From a virus (lineage: Duplodnaviria > Caudoviricetes), in IMG/VR virus record IMGVR_UViG_3300005805_000072, positions 1 through 64,000 of that record: DNA of 64,000 bases; one strand, 5' to 3'. A program made the translations under genes and the position numbers. Below the pieces are notes generated by a model. The model searched no databases. It was not told the origin of the DNA and saw only the letters and a list, made by a program, of their open reading frames with translations. Of the stretch, positions 54,617-61,914 are shown piece by piece (the stretch's first letter is position 1; each line of letters starts with the position of its first letter).

Positions 54617-55171
54617 ATGACTAGCAGCCAATACAACATACCTCTCATAAATCAGACAGGTCTGAACTATAATCCGATCATTCGTGATGCTGATACCACG
54701 AATCCGATGTTGGACACTCATTTCAAGTTGACCTTTAGTAGAATCCCGAACATGACATTTTGGTGTACATCGGTGAACATACCATCAATAAGTATCGGTG
54801 ACATAGCCATTCCAAACAAGTTTCTTCCCCTTCATGTTCCTGGTTCATCCATTCAAGAGGAAGATTTCAAGATATCATTCATCGTGGATGAGGAATTTTC
54901 AAACTGGAATGAGATATACAAATGGATGCATCAGATAGTTCCATTCGAAGACTTTACTGAGATACTCAAGAATGATGCAAACTATTATTCTGATGCAACC
55001 ATCCATTGTCTCAATAGCGCAAAGAGACCAAATGTAAACTTTGTCTTTCATAAGTTGTTTCCCGTATCAATCGATGGGTTTGACTTGAGTACAATGCTTA
55101 CCGATAGCAGCCCAATCACTATAAATGCCACATTCTCATATGAATCGTTTTCAATGATGAAGGCTACTTGA
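54617..55171 (+). CDS. gp3: tail tube terminator / tail completion protein
   Basis: FKL.F.RIPN.TF.C..VNIP.IS.G...F.VDE...NW.E.Y.W...F..LFPVS..G...F.Y. Confidence 0.9.
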   Translation: MTSSQYNIPLINQTGLNYNPIIRDADTTNPMLDTHFKLTFSRIPNMTFWCTSVNIPSISIGDIAIPNKFLPLHVPGSSIQEEDFKISFIVDEEFSNWNEIYKWMHQIVPFEDFTEILKNDANYYSDATIHCLNSAKRPNVNFVFHKLFPVSIDGFDLSTMLTDSSPITINATFSYESFSMMKAT

Positions 55172-55195
55172 CTTATTCAAAGACTGTGCTATAGT
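55168..55195 (+). promoter_or_regulatory. sigma70-type promoter for uvsY
   Basis: TTGACT-N16-TGC-extended TATAGT (TG at -15/-14); ATG 7 nt downstream. Confidence 0.7.
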
Positions 55196-55201
55196 TTTGT
55201 C

Positions 55202-55636
55202 ATGGATATTGATACAATCAAGAAGATGGTCGAACAGGACATGCAGATAGATGACCTGAACCTCGACCTAGAATCCCTCAAGACTCCACAACTTCACGGC
55301 AAGTACCTCAATCTGTTACATGAGGAATCTCTTGTCCTACACAAGTATCACATTCAACAGAAGGAACTCCGTAGACTCAAGTGGGAATACTACTTGGGCA
55401 AACTGGATCAGGAAACCCTTGACGAGAAGGGTTGGCAACCTTTTGGTCTGAAGATTCTTCGCACGGACATCGATGTATACCTTGAGTCGGACAAGGATCT
55501 CCTGTCTCTTGAGGCTCGGATACACTATCAGCGCGAGAAGGTCAAGTACCTTGAATCAGTGCTACAGGGATTGGGTCGCCGTGGGTGGGACATCAAATCC
55601 GCAATCGAATGGAAGAAGTTCATGAGTGGTGCCTGA
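55202..55636 (+). CDS. uvsY: recombination mediator
   Basis: D..IDD..LD.ES..TPQLH.KYL...K..YY.GK...K...D...Y...D..L......I..R...IK.AIEW.KF..G. Confidence 0.92.
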   Translation: MDIDTIKKMVEQDMQIDDLNLDLESLKTPQLHGKYLNLLHEESLVLHKYHIQQKELRRLKWEYYLGKLDQETLDEKGWQPFGLKILRTDIDVYLESDKDLLSLEARIHYQREKVKYLESVLQGLGRRGWDIKSAIEWKKFMSGA

Positions 55637-56136
55637 TGAAGATCGTCACAGAAGGCATTCACAGGGTCTACCTTCGTCAGGCATACATCCATGCACAGTC
55701 ACGAAGCGAAGATCCCAATACACAGAATGGGGCTTTGATTGTATTTCCATCATCGGGAATCATAGCAGCAGATGCAAACCGCTATCCATCCATCCACGAA
55801 CCCGCATATCAGAAGAAATATGACTACATCGAACATGCTGAAAGAGCAGTGATATATCGGTGCGTTAGCAAGGGACTCACTACGCTCAACACGCATCTGT
55901 ATTGTCCATTTATTGCCTGTCCAGAATGTGCAAGGGCAATCGTCATGGCAGGAATACGCAGGGTGGTTGGTCACAAGACCATTTGGGACATTATCCCTGA
56001 TAGATGGAAGCCCAAGTGCAACATCGGAGTAAACATCCTTGAGGGAGCGGGGGTCGAGGTTCTGCTCTATCAGGGAAAGGTTTTGAACGAGGGAGAGTTC
56101 AAGATTAGGTTCAACGGAGAAGACATAGAACCATAA
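55636..56136 (+). CDS. dCMP deaminase-like protein
   Basis: RSEDP.TQNGA...HAERAVIY...CPFIACPECARAIV.AGI..VV; start reassigned to ATG 55636. Confidence 0.88.
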   Translation: MKIVTEGIHRVYLRQAYIHAQSRSEDPNTQNGALIVFPSSGIIAADANRYPSIHEPAYQKKYDYIEHAERAVIYRCVSKGLTTLNTHLYCPFIACPECARAIVMAGIRRVVGHKTIWDIIPDRWKPKCNIGVNILEGAGVEVLLYQGKVLNEGEFKIRFNGEDIEP

Positions 56137-56139
56137 ATA
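56133..56139 (+). promoter_or_regulatory. late promoter ATAAATA for uvsW
   Basis: Overlaps the upstream stop codon; ATG begins 6 nt downstream. Confidence 0.6.
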
Positions 56140-56144
56140 TCTGC

Positions 56145-57635
56145 ATGGATACATTGGTTCTTGAAGATGTTGATTCCGTGTTTATCCGTGTGCGTTGTGA
56201 GAGGGGAACCGCTAAGGAGTTGAGCGACTGCTTCTCCTTCAAGGTTCCAAACCACAAGTACATGTCGCGCTTCCGCAAGACGCGGTGGAGTGGCGATATC
56301 AAACTATACAACATAGGCAAGGCAACGATCTACCGAGGTCTGAAGAACTATGTCACGAAGTTCGCAGCAGACCGTGGCTATCATGTCGAGAACAATCTAA
56401 CTCCATCCAACAAGATTCCCCTCAGCCCCGATGATGTTGATGCATTGTTTGAGCGATGTGTTGGAAAGGCATCGGGCATTTCCTCTCTGCACGATCATCA
56501 GCGGGATGCCATCGTCAAGGCAACAGAAACATCTAGAATCCTCCTGGTATCTCCGACAGGCAGCGGCAAGTCGATGATCATCTACCTGCTGGTGAGGCAT
56601 CTGCTTGAAAATACAGAGGGCAAGGTATTGATCGTCGTTCCAACGATAGGTCTTGTCACTCAGATGGCAAGCGATTTTGAACTCTATGCCAAGGGAACGG
56701 ATTGGAAAGTCTCCAAGAACTGCCATGCAATCCATGCAGGAAAAGACAAGGACACGAACAAGCGTGTGGTGATTACTACATGGCAATCCATCTTCAAGCA
56801 ACCGAGATCATGGTTTGATCAGTTCTCTGCTGCATTCGGGGACGAGTGCCATATGTTCAAGGCAAAGTCACTTAGCGGAATCATGGAGAAACTTGTCAAC
56901 TGCAATCATAGGATCGGAACGACAGGCACACTTGATGGAATGCAATGTCACAAGTTGATAATCGAAGGTCTGTTTGGTCCTTCCTATCATGTCACTTCCA
57001 CCAAGAAACTGATCGACAAGAACATACTGTCAAGCCTAAAGATAGACGCAATCCTCCTTCAGTACAATGAGGAGGACAGACGCACCATGAGCAAGCATAA
57101 CTATAGTGACGAGATGCTGTGGCTCGTTCATAATGCCAAGAGAAACAAGTTCATAACGGATCTAGCCCATACGCTCAAGGGCAATACATTGATTCTTTTT
57201 CAGTATGTTGAGAAGCACGGCAAGGTTCTATATGACCTCGCAAGAAAGAATGACAAGCGAAAGGTATTCTTTGTTCATGGTGGGACGGATGTGGAGGATC
57301 GCGAGGCTGTACGCAAGATCCTTGAGGAGAATGACTCTTGCATTGTGGTTGCATCGTATGGTACATTCTCGACGGGTATTTCGATAAAGAGACTGCACAA
57401 CATCATATTCGCATCGCCAAGCAAGTCGAGGATACGAGTATTGCAGTCGATAGGAAGACAACTGCGCGTTTCGGAACACAAGCAGTTTGCAAAGTTGTAC
57501 GATATTGGAGATGATCTATCATGGAAGACAAGAAAGAATCACACTCTTCGGCATTTCTCCGAAAGAATCAAAATCTATCGGTCGGAAAAGTTCGAGTTTC
57601 GACCGATCATGCTAAAGATGGAGAACCTCCAATGA
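56145..57635 (+). CDS. uvsW: SF2 DNA helicase
   Basis: FSF.VP..KYM..FR...W.G.I.L; SPTGSGKS; GDECH; GTTGT; FSTGISI..LH..IFASPSKSRIRVLQSIGR. Confidence 0.97.
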   Translation: MDTLVLEDVDSVFIRVRCERGTAKELSDCFSFKVPNHKYMSRFRKTRWSGDIKLYNIGKATIYRGLKNYVTKFAADRGYHVENNLTPSNKIPLSPDDVDALFERCVGKASGISSLHDHQRDAIVKATETSRILLVSPTGSGKSMIIYLLVRHLLENTEGKVLIVVPTIGLVTQMASDFELYAKGTDWKVSKNCHAIHAGKDKDTNKRVVITTWQSIFKQPRSWFDQFSAAFGDECHMFKAKSLSGIMEKLVNCNHRIGTTGTLDGMQCHKLIIEGLFGPSYHVTSTKKLIDKNILSSLKIDAILLQYNEEDRRTMSKHNYSDEMLWLVHNAKRNKFITDLAHTLKGNTLILFQYVEKHGKVLYDLARKNDKRKVFFVHGGTDVEDREAVRKILEENDSCIVVASYGTFSTGISIKRLHNIIFASPSKSRIRVLQSIGRQLRVSEHKQFAKLYDIGDDLSWKTRKNHTLRHFSERIKIYRSEKFEFRPIMLKMENLQ

Positions 57636-58381
57636 AGGACTATATTCTCATCAAGTTGAGATCTGGCGAGGAAATCATCGCAAACCTGATGTCAAAAAAC
57701 AGGAATGGGATCAAGGTTCTTCGTCCGATGCAGATACGCCAGGTTCCATTCATGGATCATCTCACTGGTTCCCTAAAGGCTGCTGTGGTGATGGAGAACT
57801 GGATAGGCAGGACAAATGAGAATGAAGTCACCATACCTAACAACTGGATTGGAATCAAAATGCCCCCATCGCAGGAGGTGATTGATGCCTATGAAAAGTA
57901 CATGATTCGGGAAGATACCCCCGTTGAGTCAGTCAAGGTAGATCCTCCCCTGTCTGAAAAGGAAGCAAGTGAGTTCAAGCGTCTTGAGGACGAGATGAGC
58001 AAGATGCTTTCTGATATGGCTACGAACGCAGGAATATCTCCACCTCAAATGGAGGGGATGGACAAGTTCATGGCAAGCATGGACAAGCAGGACAGCAAGG
58101 ATACCGTGATAGTCAACTTCATGTTTCCTGCGAATGTCTTCAAGAACATGATGGAAGAGGGTCTGATAGAGGACTTCCTTACTGCTGGATTGTCATATCA
58201 GGATGACAATGGCGATGACTCGGATGAGGACGATCTTGAGGATGATGTTGACCTCAAGCCAAAGCCTAAGAAGAAAGACAAGTCCATCAAAGAGAACAAT
58301 ATCGATCTGAATGAGAAGGGTGACGAGCCGTGGGGGAATAGTTATCGTGATTGGAGTTCCAATCCCAATGACTATCTCTAA
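57632..58381 (+). CDS. conserved protein with Sm-like N-terminus and acidic tail
   Basis: ILIKLRSGEEIIA...IKV..PM N-terminal pattern typical of the gene after uvsW; start reassigned to 57632 (ATGA overlap). Confidence 0.75.
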   Translation: MKDYILIKLRSGEEIIANLMSKNRNGIKVLRPMQIRQVPFMDHLTGSLKAAVVMENWIGRTNENEVTIPNNWIGIKMPPSQEVIDAYEKYMIREDTPVESVKVDPPLSEKEASEFKRLEDEMSKMLSDMATNAGISPPQMEGMDKFMASMDKQDSKDTVIVNFMFPANVFKNMMEEGLIEDFLTAGLSYQDDNGDDSDEDDLEDDVDLKPKPKKKDKSIKENNIDLNEKGDEPWGNSYRDWSSNPNDYL

Positions 58382-58411
58382 GAACACTTCTTGATCAAAC
58401 CCGACACAGTC

Positions 58412-58440
58412 AAGTTACCAATCTCGTTTTCATCTGTCAA
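58412..58440 (-). promoter_or_regulatory. candidate antisense sigma70 promoter
   Basis: TTGACA-N17-TAACTT pointing into the 3' end of the 57632-58381 gene. Confidence 0.4.
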
Positions 58441-58470
58441 CAACATTCGAGAAGAATCTAAAGTGGCTCC

Positions 58471-58498
58471 TTGCTTTCGTCCGATGACGGTGTACTAT
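58471..58498 (+). promoter_or_regulatory. sigma70-type promoter for gp55
   Basis: TTGCTT-N16-TACTAT, then a GGAG SD. Confidence 0.6.
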
Positions 58499-58526
58499 GT
58501 TCTCACAAGCAAAGGAGATAACATGA

Positions 58527-59093
58527 ATGAGTGACAGCCACTATATCGACAACAAGGTGTTCTATGCGGAAATGGTGAAGTGGAAGAAGGAATGGAACAA
58601 GGCTCAAAAGGCTAATCTTCCTCTTCCTCCCGTGACGAACTACATCGGGCAATGCTTCCTCACCATCGCAGAGCGTCTTTCGTACAGACCAAACTTCATC
58701 AACTATCCATATCGCGACGAGATGGTGGGGGACGGCATAGAGAACTGCCTGATGTATGCGGCAAACTTCAATCCCCGCAAGTCAAAGAATCCGTTCTCGT
58801 ATTTCACACAGATCATCTACTATGCCTTCGTTCGCAGGATACAGAAGGAAAAGAAGCAGAACTACATCAAGTTCAAGAGCATTGAACTTGCCCATGCACA
58901 CGGCAGAATCCCAAAGTGGCTGAGTGACATCTACCATGACGAGCAGAAGGTGCAGGAGTTCTTCAAGTCTTTGTCCCTCACTGACCTTGACCTAGAGAAC
59001 TTTGAAGGCAAGAAGAAAGAAAAAGAAGTCGCGGTGGCAGTCAAGCCTGAGAAGCCAAAGAAGAAGACCACCAAAAAGAAGCCAAAGAAATGA
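58527..59093 (+). CDS. gp55: late transcription sigma factor
   Basis: HYIDNK.F...NYIG.CF..IA..LS.RPNF.NY.Y..EMV.DGIENC..Y..NF.P.KS.NPF.YFTQI.Y.AF.RRI.KEK.Q. Confidence 0.97.
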   Translation: MSDSHYIDNKVFYAEMVKWKKEWNKAQKANLPLPPVTNYIGQCFLTIAERLSYRPNFINYPYRDEMVGDGIENCLMYAANFNPRKSKNPFSYFTQIIYYAFVRRIQKEKKQNYIKFKSIELAHAHGRIPKWLSDIYHDEQKVQEFFKSLSLTDLDLENFEGKKKEKEVAVAVKPEKPKKKTTKKKPKK

Positions 59094-60142
59094 AGATTGC
59101 AATCGTAACAGACACGCACTTCGGATTCAAGAATGACTCGCCAATCTTTCTTGAGGCTTACCTCAACTTCTTTGAGGAGCAGTTCTTTCCCTATCTTCTC
59201 AAGAACAACATCAAGACTGTCATTCACATGGGGGACATTCTTGACCGCAGGAAGTACATCAACTTCAACACCCTGCGGCAGGTTCGAAAGAGGTTCACGA
59301 ACTGGTTCGTGGAGAATGGAATAGAAGTCCATTGTGTGATTGGAAACCATGACTGCTATTGGAAGAACACCAATGAGGTCAACTCAGTCGTGGAGATATT
59401 CGGAGATCACTTCAAGGTCTATGAGAATCCCACCGATGTAATCCTTGACGGGATGATCTGTGGATTTGTTCCCTGGATATCGAAGGAGAATGCTGCTGAG
59501 ATTGAGGAATACATCCGTCATAGCGATGCCGACTGCCTATTTGGACATTTTGAGATCACGGGGTATGAGGTGGTGAGGGGAGTCAAGCATGAGGGTGGGC
59601 TTGATCCAAGCATACTTCAGAGGTTCAAGACCGTCTATTCGGGGCATTTCCACTGCAAGCAGCAGAGTGGAAATGTGAACTATCTTGGCAATCCATATCA
59701 GATGTTCTTCTCTGAGGTGGATGAGGTCAGGGGATTCCATGTGCTTGAAACGGTGGATGGTTCGATTGAGTTCATTGAGAACGATAAGAAACTATACCGC
59801 AGGGTATCCTATGATCTTGGCTTGGATGAGAATGGGCATGGAAACTTCAACTTCTTAAAGTACAAGAACTGCTTTGTTAGGTTGGTCGTGACCTCAAAGA
59901 AGAATCAGCCCAAGTTCGACATGTTCTGTGACCGTCTCTTTGAGGCAGGGATCTATGACCTACAGATAGTCGAGAAGACCGAGCAAGAGGCTCCCGAGGA
60001 AGATGTGTATCTTTCCGACAAGGAACTTTCAAAGAACACAGTAGACCTTATGGACTCCTATATCGATGAACTCAAGATCGATGGTGGGAGCGATCTGAAG
60101 AACCTTATGCGGGAGATCTATACTGAAAGTTTGTCTGTCTAG
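59090..60142 (+). CDS. gp47: recombination endonuclease, SbcD/Mre11-like subunit
   Basis: DTHFG; GDILD; GNHD; GHFE; SGHFH; YLGNPY. Confidence 0.95.
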   Translation: MKIAIVTDTHFGFKNDSPIFLEAYLNFFEEQFFPYLLKNNIKTVIHMGDILDRRKYINFNTLRQVRKRFTNWFVENGIEVHCVIGNHDCYWKNTNEVNSVVEIFGDHFKVYENPTDVILDGMICGFVPWISKENAAEIEEYIRHSDADCLFGHFEITGYEVVRGVKHEGGLDPSILQRFKTVYSGHFHCKQQSGNVNYLGNPYQMFFSEVDEVRGFHVLETVDGSIEFIENDKKLYRRVSYDLGLDENGHGNFNFLKYKNCFVRLVVTSKKNQPKFDMFCDRLFEAGIYDLQIVEKTEQEAPEEDVYLSDKELSKNTVDLMDSYIDELKIDGGSDLKNLMREIYTESLSV

Positions 60143-60146
60143 TTTC

Positions 60147-60153
60147 CTAAATA
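60147..60153 (+). promoter_or_regulatory. late promoter-like CTAAATA
   Basis: Between the gp47 stop and a GGAGG SD. Confidence 0.5.
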
Positions 60154-60171
60154 TTGGAAACTGGAGGACAG

Positions 60172-61005
60172 ATGGACAGGAATATTCGCGAGGATCTTCG
60201 CAAATGGTTCAGTAAATCCCACCCCGAGGGTGGATGGAAGCGCATCAACAGCAAGGGAGAGGCAATCGGTCCCTGTGCGCGTGAACCTGGCGAGCCAAAG
60301 CCAAAGTGCATGTCCAACAGGAAGCGGCGGCAACTTTCCAAAAGGAAGAGAGCCGCTGCTGTCCGTACCAAACGAGAACATGATCCGAATCCCGAAAGGC
60401 AGGGTAAGCCCATTAACGTATCAAACTTTGGAAAAGGCAGAATAAGCGAAGAATATGTCATTGATCCCAAGAACGATCTGATCGAATCGATGGATCTTCT
60501 GCTTGAGAAGAACAAGCCAACAAGCCCCGACAAGTGGGAGGATTGTGTCTCACAAGCCCGATCCAAGTTCGATGTCTATCCATCGGCATATGCGAACGGA
60601 TGGGCTGCTCAGTGCTATAAGCGCAAGGGTGGCAAGTGGAAGTCAATCGATGAAGAAAAGTTGTCTTTCCTTTCGTTCATTGATAAAGATGAGATTCTCT
60701 ATGAGATGATGGAGTCTGCTGACAAGGATAGTATGCCTTGCAACAAACCAAGGACTTCAACCAGCGCGGGTAAGAAGAAAATGGTGAAGGCTTGTGAGGG
60801 CGGTCAGGAAAAGATCGTTCACTACGGGGCAAGTGGATATGGTCACAACTATTCTCCTGCTGCAAGAAAGTCTTTCCGTGCGCGTCATTCCTGTGGTGAG
60901 AAAAAGAGCAAGTTAGGGGCGCAGTATTGGGCTTGCAAGGATCTTTGGGCTGGCAAGGGTGGATCGACAAAGTCTTGTCCCGAGGGTAGAAAGTGCAAAT
61001 ATTGA
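60172..61005 (+). CDS. basic multi-domain protein (three small Trp/Cys/Lys-rich modules; DUF5872- and DUF6321-like)
   Basis: GGAGG SD; modules GGW..I...C.R..GE.KPKC, KFDVYPSAYANGW....YK..GG.W, and K.V..G...ARKSFRARH.C......A.YWAC. Confidence 0.75.
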   Translation: MDRNIREDLRKWFSKSHPEGGWKRINSKGEAIGPCAREPGEPKPKCMSNRKRRQLSKRKRAAAVRTKREHDPNPERQGKPINVSNFGKGRISEEYVIDPKNDLIESMDLLLEKNKPTSPDKWEDCVSQARSKFDVYPSAYANGWAAQCYKRKGGKWKSIDEEKLSFLSFIDKDEILYEMMESADKDSMPCNKPRTSTSAGKKKMVKACEGGQEKIVHYGASGYGHNYSPAARKSFRARHSCGEKKSKLGAQYWACKDLWAGKGGSTKSCPEGRKCKY

Positions 61006-61020
61006 TTTAAGGATAATCCA

Positions 61021-61458
61021 ATGGCATTGACTAATCAAGATTTCACGATTGAAAAGGGAGCATCCTTCATCCTTGAGTTTGAACTCACACAGGATGACGG
61101 GACTTCCCTTGAACTGGCAAAGTTGAATGGATACAACTCATACGAACTGAAGGATTACTCCTTTCGCACTCAGTTTCGAAAGTCAAAATACCGTGGAATC
61201 ACCGCGATATACACCATGTCAACCACCAACCTGTTGCAGATAGATGAAGAGCAGATGGGGAGGACAACCGATGGCTTCTATGTGATTGCATCGAAGCCAG
61301 GATATGTCAGGTTCGTCCTTACTCCATCCACAACAGCAAGCATCAAGTATGGTGATTATTTTTATGACATAGAGGTTGTTCGTGGAACAACAGGAAACTA
61401 CGAAGTCACGAAGGCATTGTCTGGTCGAATGTCGATACAAGAGGAAGCCACCAAATAG
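61021..61458 (+). CDS. virion structural protein, Ig-like/BppU-N-like, paralog 1
   Basis: DFTIEKGASF...FRK...T.SIKYG.Y.YDIEV......VTK.LSG...I..E.TK. Confidence 0.75.
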   Translation: MALTNQDFTIEKGASFILEFELTQDDGTSLELAKLNGYNSYELKDYSFRTQFRKSKYRGITAIYTMSTTNLLQIDEEQMGRTTDGFYVIASKPGYVRFVLTPSTTASIKYGDYFYDIEVVRGTTGNYEVTKALSGRMSIQEEATK

Positions 61459-61467
61459 AGGAATATC

Positions 61468-61914
61468 ATGGCAGCACTGAACATCGACTTTACCATTGAG
61501 CAGGGTTCGACCTTTGTACTTGAGTTTCAAGTCTTTGATGACCTTCTACAGCCTCTTGGAATGCTTGAGTCCTATGTTGATGACTTCGGCACTCTTCTCT
61601 ATGACTTCACCAACTACAAAGCAAGGATGAAGATAAAGAAGACAAAGTACAGGACTCCCGAGTTGTATGTTTGCGGAACTACTATGAACTACATCGTTCA
61701 ACCAGGTTCCACCGCAGGATTTGTTTCTGATGGAATATACTTCGTCGGTGGTTCAACTGGTTCGATGCGGGTTGTGATTACGTCGGATTCTACTGCTTCA
61801 TTCAAGGGAGGCAGGTATTTCTATGACCTTGAACTTGTTGAAGATGATGGTGGAGAGATAGTGTCCAAACTATTGTCGGGAAAATTTGAAGTCGAGGCAG
61901 AGGCAACCAGATGA
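61468..61914 (+). CDS. virion structural protein, Ig-like/BppU-N-like, paralog 2
   Basis: DFTIEQGSTF...ARMKIKK...TASFKGG.Y.YDLEL......VSKLLSG.F.V..E.TR. Confidence 0.75.
   Translation: MAALNIDFTIEQGSTFVLEFQVFDDLLQPLGMLESYVDDFGTLLYDFTNYKARMKIKKTKYRTPELYVCGTTMNYIVQPGSTAGFVSDGIYFVGGSTGSMRVVITSDSTASFKGGRYFYDLELVEDDGGEIVSKLLSGKFEVEAEATR

Noticed and set aside
56910-56935. GTTG (GxTG) motif in UvsW as a counterexample or example of the virion motif
   Set aside because: It is helicase motif III, conserved for catalysis and unrelated to the dispersed virion G-X-T pattern
58193-58387. Hydrophobic 64-aa antisense ORF downstream of the antisense promoter
   Set aside because: Hydrophobicity is the expected mirror of an Asp/Glu/Lys-rich sense strand; GTG start with no SD
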